Assembly: GCA_965248575.1 (NCBI GenBank)
Contig: CBDFJQ010000002.1
Coordinates: 4,864,001-4,928,000, forward strand
Source: Planctomycetota bacterium
GTDB lineage: Bacteria > Planctomycetota > B15-G4
DNA: 64,000 nucleotides
Reading direction: 5' to 3'
Shown: one piece after another, positions 37,003 to 46,339 of the stretch
Layout of the letters: the number at the start of each line of letters is the position of its first letter
Numbering within the stretch: position 1 is the stretch's first letter
Position numbers and translations under genes: made by a program
The notes under the pieces: generated by a model
Seen by the model: only the letters and a program-made list of their open reading frames with translations
The model's database searches: none
What the model was told of the DNA's origin: nothing

Positions 37003-38388
37003 TCAGGGAAGGGGGCCGCCGAGTTCCCGTTCCAGTTCGACCCGGGCACGAGCCACCTCCAGCAGGGCAGCTTGGGTGCTGGTCTGGGTCTGCACGAGGA
37101 CGGCCCGCAGCTCCAGCAACTGCGGCAGGGTCATGCTGCCGGCGTCGTAGGCCTGGCGTGCGAGTTGCACGGCTTGGGCCGTGCTCGGTTCGAGCTCTTG
37201 ACGGACGAACTGCGCCGACTCGAGCGCCAGGGTGTAGCGGTCTGCGGCGCTGCGCACCGCCTGTTGCAGATCGGCATCGAGGGCTTCGTAGAGCCGCCGG
37301 AGTTGTTCCAGCTCGAACCGGGCCCGGCTGCGTCCCGCCTGCTTGTCGTCGAAGACCGGCAGCTCGATCTCCAGGGCGGGGCCGAGCAGGTGGTCTGTGG
37401 GGTCGCCCGTCTCAGGTTGCTCGTAGGACAGCCCACCCCGGATCTCCGGGTAGGCCCGGCTGTCCTCCAGGGCGATACGCGCCTCGGCCGCGGCGACGGC
37501 TGCGGCCAGCGCCGAGAGGTCGAGCCGCGTCCGGCGCGCGTGCGACACGAGTTCGTCCCGTTGCCAGGGCGGTGCGCTCGGATCGAGCAGTGCTGTCGCG
37601 AGCTCCGTCGTGAGCGGGACCTCACTCAGGTCGAGCGTCAAGGAGAGCAGGCTGGCGAGGCGTCGCGCGCTGCTGGACCGTGCCTGCTGGGCCTGTTGCG
37701 CGCTCAGTTGGGAGCGCAGCGCCTGGTCCTGGGCCAGCGAACCCTCGAGCTCGGTGGCAAGGCCCAGCGCGACGAGCTGACGGCTCGCCTGAGCCGCTTC
37801 TCGTGCCAGCTCGGCCGATGAGCGCATGAGTTCGAGGGAGTTGGTCGCCGCGACGCTCTCGTAGTACGCAAGCTGGACGTCGGCGACGAGCGTGCCGGCT
37901 AGCCGGCCCAGCTCGAGCACCCGTTGGTCCTGCTGCGCTTCCGCCGCCGCCTGCCGATGGGGGATCTGCCACAGCTCCAGCACGTTGGCTGCCAGGTCGG
38001 CGGCCAGGCGCGTGCCCCCGCCGCCGGCGGGGAACAGGAAGGCGAGCCCCAGAGTCGGGTTCTCGAGCAAGCCGGCCTGCACGTAGTCGGCACGGGCGAT
38101 GCCGAGCCCCATGAAGCCCGCCTGCAGTGACCGGTTGTTGAGCAGCGCCAGGCGCAGCGCTTCGTCCAGGTCGAGGCCATCAGCCAGCGCCGCCCGCAGC
38201 TGGTCCCCGGACAGCGGCGGCTGTTGCGGGTCGTACACCTCCGCCTGCCCGGTGCTGTCGAGGATGAGCTGCCGAGCCTCTTCGAAGTCGGGGCGCAGTG
38301 ATTCGCTGGCGCAGCCTGACAGTGTGGCCACACCCAGGCAGACGATGGCAGCTCGCAGTTGCGGGGCCCATCGGTTGGCGGCACTCAT
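37003..38388 (-). CDS. TolC/CzcC-family outer-membrane efflux lipoprotein
   Basis: LSGC lipobox; EALRLALLNN, QAGLLENP, IELPVFD; last pump gene of the operon. Confidence 0.88.
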   Translation of the reverse strand: MSAANRWAPQLRAAIVCLGVATLSGCASESLRPDFEEARQLILDSTGQAEVYDPQQPPLSGDQLRAALADGLDLDEALRLALLNNRSLQAGFMGLGIARADYVQAGLLENPTLGLAFLFPAGGGGTRLAADLAANVLELWQIPHRQAAAEAQQDQRVLELGRLAGTLVADVQLAYYESVAATNSLELMRSSAELAREAAQASRQLVALGLATELEGSLAQDQALRSQLSAQQAQQARSSSARRLASLLSLTLDLSEVPLTTELATALLDPSAPPWQRDELVSHARRTRLDLSALAAAVAAAEARIALEDSRAYPEIRGGLSYEQPETGDPTDHLLGPALEIELPVFDDKQAGRSRARFELEQLRRLYEALDADLQQAVRSAADRYTLALESAQFVRQELEPSTAQAVQLARQAYDAGSMTLPQLLELRAVLVQTQTSTQAALLEVARARVELERELGGPLP

Positions 38389-41300
38389 GCCACTGCTCCT
38401 GCCGGGGCCGTCGGGCCTACGTCTAGCGGTGGTTCTGCGTCGGTGTTCCCGGCGGGGCCCGGGCCCGACCCAGGGCGCTTGGGCGAAGTGTCCTGTTTGC
38501 CGAATGCCAAGAACAAGGAAGGGACGAGCGCCATGTTGAGCACCGTGGCCGAGGCGAGGCCGAACACGATCACCAGGGCCATGGGGCTCAGGATTTCGTT
38601 ACCGGGTTGGTCGCCGCGCAGCGCGAGCGGTACCAGTGCGAAGCCGGCGGAGAGGGCCGTCATGAGGATCGGGGAGAGGCGTTCCAGCGCTCCCCGGCGA
38701 ACGGCTTCGCGGAACTCGGTCACGCCCTCGTGCCGCTGCAGGTGTCGAATGTGGCTCACCATCATGATGCCGTTGCGGGCGGCGACTCCGAAGACGGTGA
38801 TGAAGCCGATGATGCTGGCCACCGAGAGGGTCGCCCCCGTGAGCACCATGCCACCCACGCCACCCATGAGGGCCAGGGGCAGGTTGATCATGATCAGCGC
38901 CGTGTCGCGCAGGGAGCGGAACACGGAATACAACAGGCCCGCGATGGCGAGGATGATGCCCGACACCAGCCAGCCGAGCATGTTGGCGGTGGCTTCCGCG
39001 CTTTCGAACTGCCCCCCGTACTCGATCCAGTAACCCGTGGGGAGCGGCACGTGTTCATGCAGACCGCTGCGGATGTCGCCCACCACGCTGCCTACGTCCC
39101 GCTCCGCCACGTTGCACATGACGACGATCTTGCGTTGCACGTTCTCGCGACTGACGAAATTGGGCGAGAGGTCCTCGCGCAGGTTGGCCACGGCTCGCAG
39201 TGGAATCCGTGCGCCTGTCGGGGTGAGGACGACTGTCTCCCCGATGGACTCGGGGCTGACATCGTGCTGTTCGCCGATACGCAGCAGCACGTCAAAGGCG
39301 TTGATGCCCTCCAGCACCTGGGTCACCACCTGACCCTTGCTGGCGAGCTCCAGGGCTCGTGCGGCATCGGACACCCGCAGCCCGTGCCGAGCGATGGCTG
39401 CGCGGTCGAACTCCACCCGCAGGCTGGGCACGAGGGTCTGCTGCTCGGACGAGAGGTCGACGACCCCGGGGATGCGCGCCATGCGCTGCTCGACTTGGAC
39501 AGCGAGCCTGCGCAGCACGCCCAGGTCATCGCCGAAGATCTTGACGGCGACGCTGGCGCGGGTGCCCGAGAGCATGTGGTCGATGCGGTGGCTGATGGGT
39601 TGCCCGAAGGTGGTCTGGATGCCGGGGATGCCCGCCAGGTCCGCGCGCAGGGCTTCCAGGAGTGCAGCCTTGCTGCGGGGGGCCAGCCCCAGGCGTTCCG
39701 AGGCCTCCATGTCGAGGGTGATCTCGAACTCGCTGGCCTCGACACCCTGCACGTGTTCGTCTTCCTCAGCTCGGCCCGTGCGCCGGCACAGGGCCAGCAC
39801 CTCCGGGTGCTTCATGAGGGTCTCTTCGATCAGGCCTCCCAGCCGACTGCTCTCCTCGAGTGAAGTGCCCGGCAGGGTGACGGCGCCCACCACGAAGGCG
39901 CCTTCGTTGAACTCCGGTAGGAAGCTGCGCCCGAGAGAGAAGGCGCTTGAGATGCTCAGGGCGAACAGGGTCGCGGCGGGCAGGCCCAGCAGCCAGGGGT
40001 GCGCCAGCGCCCGGTCAAGGACGGGCGCATAGGCCCTCTTGAGCCAGCGCACCACGGCTGGCTCGCTGCTGTTCTTCACGGTGCGGCTGCCGGGGAGCAG
40101 GGCCTGGCACATCACCGGGGTCAGGGTGAGCGCCGTGACCATCGAGGCCGCAAGGGAGACGGTGAAGGCGATGCCCAACGGCTGCAGCAGGCGCCCCTCC
40201 ACGCCCGAGAGCACGAACAGGGGCAGGAACACCAGCAGGATGATGAGCGTGGCGAGCACGATCGAGGGACGCACCTCGACGCTTGCCTCGTAGACGATGG
40301 TGGAGAGTGGCGCCTTGCCCGCTCGCTCGCGTAGCCGACGTACCACGTTCTCCACATCGATGATCGCGTCGTCGACAAGCGAGCCAATGGCGATGGCCAT
40401 GCCTCCCAACGTCATGGTGTTGATACCGCTGCCCAGGGCGCGCAGGGTCAAGATGGCCACGAGCAGCGAGAGTGGCAGTACGCACAAGGTGATCAAGCTG
40501 GCGCGCATGCTGCCCAGGAAGACGATCACGACGAGTACCACCATGACGGCCCCCTCGAACAACGCGTTCGAGGTGTTGGCTATGGAGGTCTCGATAAAGG
40601 TCGACTGCCGGAACAGGTTCCGGTTGATCACCATGCCTTCGGGAAGACCGCGCTGGATCTCGTCCAGCGCGACGTCGAGGCGCTGGGTCAGTTCGAGGGT
40701 GTTTGCGCTGGGCTGCTTCTGGATGGCGATGACCACGCCTTCCTCGATGATGGCCTCCCAGTCGGGGCCGCGCCGGGCGCTGGAGGCCGTGCCGCGCTTG
40801 AAGGCGGGGCCCACCTGGACGACCCCCAGGTCACCCACCGTGACGGGGACGTCGTCCCGCAGTGTGACCACGGTGTGCTCGATGTCCTGGGCGTTGGCGA
40901 TGCGGCCGATGCCCTCGATCAGGGACTCCTGGGTGCCGCTGGAGAGGACGCCGCCCGCGAGGTTCTCGTTGGTCTCCTCAAGGGCCTGGCGCACCTCGTC
41001 GGCCGTGATGCCCCACGCCAGCAACCGACGAGCTGAGAGCACGACCTGATACTGCTTGGTGTCGCCGCCGATGGGTGTCACCTGCGACACGCCGGTCACC
41101 GAGAGCAGCCGTCGGCGGACCACTGTCGTAGCGGTCGTGCGCAGCTCGAGCGGGCTGTGCGCCGCCGAGCCGATGGAGATGAACATCACCTCGCCCATGA
41201 TGGACGAGATGGGCGCCATCACCGGAGGCTCGACCTGCGCTGGGAGTTGGCCGGAGACCGACGCCAGGCGCTCGGCGACCGTCTGGCGCGCGCGGTAGAT

Positions 41301-41606
41301 GTCAGTGCCCCAGGCGAACTCCACCCACACGACGGTGATGCCCACGGCGGAGCCCGAGCGGACACGGCGCACGTTGGCCGCGCCGTTCATGGCCGTCTCG
41401 ATCGGGACGGTGACCTGGGTCTCCATCTCGAGCGGAGACATGCCGTGGCCCTCGACGAGCACGGCCACGGTGGGGGCCGTGAGGTCCGGGAAGACATCCA
41501 CCGGCATGCGCGAGGTGACGTAGATGCCAGCCAAGGTGAGCGAGAGGGCGAGGCCCAGGACCGTGATGCGGTTGGCGAGGGCCCAGCGGATGAGCAGGTT
41601 GATCAT
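38385..41606 (-). CDS. CusA/CzcA-family heavy-metal RND efflux permease
   Basis: PVDVFPDL, NTMTLGGMAIAIGSLVDDAIIDVEN, FLPEFNEG, RTGRAEEDEH, RLSPILMTAL. Confidence 0.95.
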   Translation of the reverse strand: MINLLIRWALANRITVLGLALSLTLAGIYVTSRMPVDVFPDLTAPTVAVLVEGHGMSPLEMETQVTVPIETAMNGAANVRRVRSGSAVGITVVWVEFAWGTDIYRARQTVAERLASVSGQLPAQVEPPVMAPISSIMGEVMFISIGSAAHSPLELRTTATTVVRRRLLSVTGVSQVTPIGGDTKQYQVVLSARRLLAWGITADEVRQALEETNENLAGGVLSSGTQESLIEGIGRIANAQDIEHTVVTLRDDVPVTVGDLGVVQVGPAFKRGTASSARRGPDWEAIIEEGVVIAIQKQPSANTLELTQRLDVALDEIQRGLPEGMVINRNLFRQSTFIETSIANTSNALFEGAVMVVLVVIVFLGSMRASLITLCVLPLSLLVAILTLRALGSGINTMTLGGMAIAIGSLVDDAIIDVENVVRRLRERAGKAPLSTIVYEASVEVRPSIVLATLIILLVFLPLFVLSGVEGRLLQPLGIAFTVSLAASMVTALTLTPVMCQALLPGSRTVKNSSEPAVVRWLKRAYAPVLDRALAHPWLLGLPAATLFALSISSAFSLGRSFLPEFNEGAFVVGAVTLPGTSLEESSRLGGLIEETLMKHPEVLALCRRTGRAEEDEHVQGVEASEFEITLDMEASERLGLAPRSKAALLEALRADLAGIPGIQTTFGQPISHRIDHMLSGTRASVAVKIFGDDLGVLRRLAVQVEQRMARIPGVVDLSSEQQTLVPSLRVEFDRAAIARHGLRVSDAARALELASKGQVVTQVLEGINAFDVLLRIGEQHDVSPESIGETVVLTPTGARIPLRAVANLREDLSPNFVSRENVQRKIVVMCNVAERDVGSVVGDIRSGLHEHVPLPTGYWIEYGGQFESAEATANMLGWLVSGIILAIAGLLYSVFRSLRDTALIMINLPLALMGGVGGMVLTGATLSVASIIGFITVFGVAARNGIMMVSHIRHLQRHEGVTEFREAVRRGALERLSPILMTALSAGFALVPLALRGDQPGNEILSPMALVIVFGLASATVLNMALVPSLFLAFGKQDTSPKRPGSGPGPAGNTDAEPPLDVGPTAPAGAVA

Positions 41607-41608
41607 GG

Positions 41609-43312
41609 CTAGTGCTCGTGTCCGTGGCCGAAGGCTTCCGGCGAAAGCGCGGCCATGCGGATGGAGTTGGCCGCCCGCGTGGCGACCTGCTCTCCTGCGC
41701 CGATGCCCGAGCGCACTTCGACGAAGCGTCCGTCTCGCAGGCCCAAGACGAGCTCGCGCTTCTGGAATGTCTCACCGCTCAGCATCACGTAGGCGGTGGG
41801 GGCCCCCTGCTCCATCACCACGGCTTCGAAGGGAATGCTCACGAGCGCCTCGACCTGTTCGAGGGCGAGTTCGAGGTCGGCAAGCATGCCGGGCAGTGGT
41901 TTCAGGGCTTGCAGTCCCCCGGGCGCGGGGCCCGCTGTGGGAAGCGCATAGCGCACCAGCAGGGTACGGCTGGAGGTGTCCAGCTCAGGGCCCAAACCCA
42001 GCAAGGCGGCGTCCAGAGTCTCACCCAAGGCGATGGTCTGGTCGGTCAGGGCAGGGAAGCTCACCACACCCACGGGAGACGGGCCCAGGCCATGGAGATC
42101 AAACTCTGACACCCGGCCTTCGACCCAGAGTTGGCTGTCATCGACGACGCGCAGCAGGGCCTCCCCGGCCTCGATCGACTCGCCCACCACGTGCCCCTTG
42201 CCCACCACGACCCCGCCGATAGGCGCGCGCAAGATGTAGCGCAGGATGCCACCCTCGAAGCGGGCATCAGCGGCGGCGTCGCGCTCGCGTCGGGCGTCCA
42301 GTGCAGCGCGGGCGCTGCTGGCGGCGGACGCGGTTTCGCGGGCGAGGGAGAGGTCGCGTTCGGCCTGCTCCAGCTGCTGTTGCGTGGCGAGGCCTTGGGT
42401 GCGCAGCTTGGCGACCCGGTCATGGTCGCTCTGCCGGAACTGAAGTCGGGTGCTGGCCTGGGCAAAGGCCTCGTCCATCTCGAGCGACTTCAGGTCCCAC
42501 TCCAGCGCAAGTGCTCGCAGTTGCGCCGCATCCGCGGGGAGCAGTGGTGGTTCGACCAAGGCGAGGGCGGCCCCGGCTTCCACACGGCTGCCGCTCTTTG
42601 GGAGCTTGCCGCCATCCGGACCCCTGAGCCGTCCGGAGATGGGGGAGGAGACGATGGCTGCGGCACCTTCCGCTGTCACCACCTGGCCTGGAACGAGCAG
42701 GCGACGCGTGAGCTGCCGGGGCTGTGCGGGCTCGATCAACATGCGCAACTTCCATTGGGCTTCCATCAGGAAGGGCACGGCGTTCGCTGGCTCTTGCTCG
42801 GGGTTCGCCTCCGCGGCAGCGCGCGCCTGCGCGGGGTTCGCGTACACCGTGAAGCTGCCCAACTCAAGGCGTTCCGTGGCCTGCTCGCTGGTGATCATCA
42901 ACGAGACCGGGAAGCTGCCGGCCTCCGGGAAGCTGCCTTCGGGGATGAACAGGCCGTCCCGTTTCGGAGCGTCCACTGCGAGGGTCGTGCTTCCGATCCG
43001 GAGCTCTACGCGTCCGGCAAGAACGGGGTCGCCGTTGGCCAGCACGCTGAAGTGCGCCAGGAAGCGCGCGCTTTCGCCCTGCACCAGCTGCGGGTTCTCC
43101 ATGAACAGCAGCACCCGTTCGCCGAAGAGCGTGGTGACCATGGGGGGGATCTCGTCGTCCTCGGGTGCCGGGTCCTGGGCGGCGATTGCTGGTCCGCAGG
43201 ACGGAAGTCCCGCAAACAGGGAGGCTGCCAGCAGGGAGGCCGTGAGCAGGAGTGGGAAAACGGACGGGGCGACCGCCAGAGGGCGGGCCGAACGGAGGTG
43301 GCGCATGTTCAT
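41609..43312 (-). CDS. Heavy-metal RND periplasmic adaptor (CzcB-like)
   Basis: MFP lipoyl and beta-barrel motifs; C-terminal HGHEH. Confidence 0.9.
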   Translation of the reverse strand: MNMRHLRSARPLAVAPSVFPLLLTASLLAASLFAGLPSCGPAIAAQDPAPEDDEIPPMVTTLFGERVLLFMENPQLVQGESARFLAHFSVLANGDPVLAGRVELRIGSTTLAVDAPKRDGLFIPEGSFPEAGSFPVSLMITSEQATERLELGSFTVYANPAQARAAAEANPEQEPANAVPFLMEAQWKLRMLIEPAQPRQLTRRLLVPGQVVTAEGAAAIVSSPISGRLRGPDGGKLPKSGSRVEAGAALALVEPPLLPADAAQLRALALEWDLKSLEMDEAFAQASTRLQFRQSDHDRVAKLRTQGLATQQQLEQAERDLSLARETASAASSARAALDARRERDAAADARFEGGILRYILRAPIGGVVVGKGHVVGESIEAGEALLRVVDDSQLWVEGRVSEFDLHGLGPSPVGVVSFPALTDQTIALGETLDAALLGLGPELDTSSRTLLVRYALPTAGPAPGGLQALKPLPGMLADLELALEQVEALVSIPFEAVVMEQGAPTAYVMLSGETFQKRELVLGLRDGRFVEVRSGIGAGEQVATRAANSIRMAALSPEAFGHGHEH

Positions 43313-43411
43313 CGGAGCGGTTCCAGACTTTCGGAACAGAGAGCTGAACCAAATGAGTGGTTGCAGCAGTGGGAGCAGGGCCGGCGTTTCAGCCGGGCGT
43401 GTGCTCCTCGC

Positions 43412-44014
43412 TCAAATCAGCAGTGCGTGATTGCTGCGCAGAAGGCGCAGGGTTCCCGATCTCGGAACGGGGAGCGCTGTGCTGTCCCCTGGAGGGGGGA
43501 GCTCGGCCGCGAGGCCAAACAGCGGGTCGGCCTGGTCACTGTGCGTGATGGTCGGCCAGACTTCGGCTGCGGTCAGCGTGAACAACTCAAGCACTGTGTC
43601 GACGGCCGTGCGCTGACCGTCATTCGCGCGGGTCCAAGCGGCAAGATCGAACTCGATGACCAGGCCGGGTGGCACATGTCCGTTCAAAGAGCCGTGGTCG
43701 TGGGCGTGCCAGCTCTCCGAGGGGCTGTCGTGTTGGCTTCCATCGGTGTGCGGCACGTCGAGCTGGGATGGCTGGGTGTGTGTCCCGGCGTGCCAGTCGT
43801 GAAACTCGTCGAGGTCGTGGGCTGACGAGATGCTCGACAGCAGGTGCTGGTGTTGTCCCTGCGGGCCGTGCACGTGCAACAGCATGACGGCCTGGGTCAG
43901 GGAGGGCCCCAAGAGCACCGAAGGCAGCATGAGCAACGCGAGCATGGAGACGCGCACGCAGCGACGCTTCGAGCGGCGCCGTGACGAAGCAGATGAGAGG
44001 GGTGAGGCGGTCAC
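43412..44014 (-). CDS. His-rich exported hypothetical protein at the head of the metal-efflux operon
   Basis: Hydrophobic N-terminal stretch followed by a cluster of 14 His; ends RSNHALLI. Start could be 43945. Confidence 0.65.
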   Translation of the reverse strand: MTASPLSSASSRRRSKRRCVRVSMLALLMLPSVLLGPSLTQAVMLLHVHGPQGQHQHLLSSISSAHDLDEFHDWHAGTHTQPSQLDVPHTDGSQHDSPSESWHAHDHGSLNGHVPPGLVIEFDLAAWTRANDGQRTAVDTVLELFTLTAAEVWPTITHSDQADPLFGLAAELPPPGDSTALPVPRSGTLRLLRSNHALLI

Positions 44015-44227
44015 GTTGGATGCAGCCTAGCGCGTGCGGGAAGAAGCCTCAACCTCCGATGGTCATGTAGCAGGGTGGACCCTGAGCAGCTGGAGCCCAT
44101 GCAGGAGAGCGCTGCCGCAGGGCAAACCAGTGAAGCGGCCATGAGGTGAAGACACCCGAGTCAGCTGACAGGTGGTTCTGCGACCTCGGGCTTTTTGCTC
44201 CGTGACGAGTTGCTACCGTTCTCCGCC

Positions 44228-45454
44228 ATGCGCTTCCAACCACTTTTCGTCGCTGTGTTGCTCGCGACAGCACTCATCGCCTCGGCGCTCATCATCAACT
44301 CGCAACGCCCCGAGGTGCAGATCGCTCAACCCAGCGCCGCTCATGTGGCTGCCATTGGGAAGTGCGCAGCCTGCCATCGCACGGTGGCCTCCGCCGTGGT
44401 GCACGAGTACGAGATGAGCCGCCATGCGCTGGAGGGTGTGAGTTGCCTGGATTGCCACCAGCCGGCCGAGGGCCAGGAAACCCTCGACCACAACGGTTTC
44501 GAAATCTCTCCTGTGCTGACCTCCAAGAACTGTGCCGCCTGCCACAAGACCGAGTACGACCAGTTCCTGCGCAGCCGCCACGCGGCCCCCGCCATGGCGG
44601 CCGTCACGGGGACAGCGGGTTTCTCCGCTGAACAGATCGCGGCAGCCGAGAGCTACCACCCGGGCATGGTGGAGCGGGCACCCAACGCGCTGTCGATGCT
44701 CGAGGGGCAATCCTCCATCGACGTCGGCTGTGTGAAGTGCCACCAGATTGGCGCACCCAATGAAGACGGCTCCATCGGACGCTGCACGGAGTGTCATGCC
44801 CGGCACAACGCTTCGGTGCGGCTGGCCCGAACGCCTGAGACGTGCGGGCAGTGCCACATGGGCCCGGACCATTCACAACTGGAGATCTACCACGAGTCCA
44901 AGCATGGCGTTCTCTTCAACGACCAGAAGGGCCGCATGAACCTCGAGGTCGACCCAAGTCATCTGACCACTGCCGACATGCCGGTCCCCACTTGCTCCAC
45001 CTGCCACCTGAGCGGACTCAACGGGCTGGCCGTCACGCACAACACCACCGAGCGGCTTTCCTGGTTGCTCTACGCTCCCATCTCGCAGAAGCGCACGGGC
45101 TATCAGCAGGGGCAGGACGCCATGAAGGCCACCTGCACCCAGTGCCACGTCAGCAGCACTGTGGAGCGCTTCTACGAGGAGGCGGAGAGCATCGTGGAGA
45201 GCACCAACGCCAAGATTGAAGAGGCCCTGGGCCTCATCGCAGGGGCTCGGGAGGATGGTTTGCTCACACCCGAACCCTTCGACGAAGAGCTCGACTTCCT
45301 GGAGTTCGACATCTGGCACTACTACGGCCGCACGGCGAAGCACGGGGCCTTCATGGGCGGCGCAGACTTTGTTCAGTGGCACGGCAACTACGAGCTTCTC
45401 CACTACAAGATGAAGATCGAGAAGGCGATCGCGGAACTTCGTGAAGCTCACTGA
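44228..45454 (+). CDS. Octaheme cytochrome c, hydroxylamine oxidoreductase (HAO) family
   Basis: Eight CxxCH (CAACH, CLDCH, CAACH, CVKCH, CTECH, CGQCH, CSTCH, CTQCH); CH.RH, MGPDH..EIY.ESKHG and PTC.TCH signatures; N-terminal hydrophobic helix. Confidence 0.9.
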   Translation: MRFQPLFVAVLLATALIASALIINSQRPEVQIAQPSAAHVAAIGKCAACHRTVASAVVHEYEMSRHALEGVSCLDCHQPAEGQETLDHNGFEISPVLTSKNCAACHKTEYDQFLRSRHAAPAMAAVTGTAGFSAEQIAAAESYHPGMVERAPNALSMLEGQSSIDVGCVKCHQIGAPNEDGSIGRCTECHARHNASVRLARTPETCGQCHMGPDHSQLEIYHESKHGVLFNDQKGRMNLEVDPSHLTTADMPVPTCSTCHLSGLNGLAVTHNTTERLSWLLYAPISQKRTGYQQGQDAMKATCTQCHVSSTVERFYEEAESIVESTNAKIEEALGLIAGAREDGLLTPEPFDEELDFLEFDIWHYYGRTAKHGAFMGGADFVQWHGNYELLHYKMKIEKAIAELREAH

Positions 45455-46277
45455 TACACCTGAGCTACGGCGCTGGGTGGTGGAGGCCTTCGCTGCCGGA
45501 AACCTTGCGTTTCTGGCGGTGGACATCTGGTTCGCCCATTCGGTCAATCGTTTTGCCCACTCGGCTGAGTGGATCCCCTTCGTGTTTTGCCTGGCCGCGC
45601 CGCTGTTCCTGCTGCCGGGGCTCGTGAAGGGCGATCCCTCGCGAGGCTTGGCGCGCAGCTTGGGCTGGGCGGTGGGTGCGCTCAGCGTCGTCGTGGGTGT
45701 GGCCGGAATGGTCTGGCATCTGCACGGCACGTTCTTCGTGGCACAGACGCTGCACAATCTCGTGTACACCGCGCCCTTCGCCGCTCCCCTGTCCTTCGCG
45801 GGTCTGGGCTTCCTGCTGCTGCTCAATCGGACGGAGTCGCCAGGCACCGCAGGCTATGGGCAGTGGGTCACGCTCCTGGCAGCTTCTGGTTTTGCGGGCA
45901 ACTTCGCATTGAGTCTCGCTGACCACGCGCAGAACGGTTTCTTCCATGCCTCCGAATGGCTCGCCGTCCTTGCGGCCGCCTTCGGCCTGGCTTTCCTGCT
46001 GACGGCTGTCTGGAAGTACCAAGAGCCTGGCTTCATCCGGGCCTGCGCCTGGGTGATGGCTCTCGAGGTGTTGGTCGGGCTCGTGGGAGCGGGCCTGCAC
46101 GGCCGGGCCATCCTGGCGGGACCGAGCGCTTCGCTGCTGGACAATGCCATCTTCACGGCTCCGCTGTTCGCGCCCCTGTTGTTTGCGGACCTCGCCGTGC
46201 TGGGAGGCCTGGGGCTCTGGTGCTGCAGCTCCAACTTGCGCGAGACCAAGGCGACGCCGCCTACTCACGTCGGCTGA
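45441..46277 (+). CDS. Polytopic membrane protein made of two homologous His-containing halves
   Basis: H..N.F.H..EW...V G..G...H...TAP..APL.FA.L occurs twice; overlaps the octaheme gene end by 14 nt. Confidence 0.8.
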   Translation: MKLTDTPELRRWVVEAFAAGNLAFLAVDIWFAHSVNRFAHSAEWIPFVFCLAAPLFLLPGLVKGDPSRGLARSLGWAVGALSVVVGVAGMVWHLHGTFFVAQTLHNLVYTAPFAAPLSFAGLGFLLLLNRTESPGTAGYGQWVTLLAASGFAGNFALSLADHAQNGFFHASEWLAVLAAAFGLAFLLTAVWKYQEPGFIRACAWVMALEVLVGLVGAGLHGRAILAGPSASLLDNAIFTAPLFAPLLFADLAVLGGLGLWCCSSNLRETKATPPTHVG

Positions 46278-46339
46278 TTTGATCCGCGAAATCGCGAGAG
46301 CGGCACGGTAGCTTCGCTGCACCCTTCCAATGCGAATTC

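Noticed and set aside
44095..44200. Glycine riboswitch-like GGAGAG...CCG.AG.GCAAA and a weak hairpin plus T-run before the octaheme gene
   Set aside because: Lacks the CTCTCAGG element and proper stems; the hairpin is short with a large loop. It would need a cmscan hit to revive.
44228..45454. Evidence of anammox or nitrification
   Set aside because: The cross-link Tyr appears absent and there are no hzs, amo or cycAB genes; HAO-family proteins are widespread outside those guilds.
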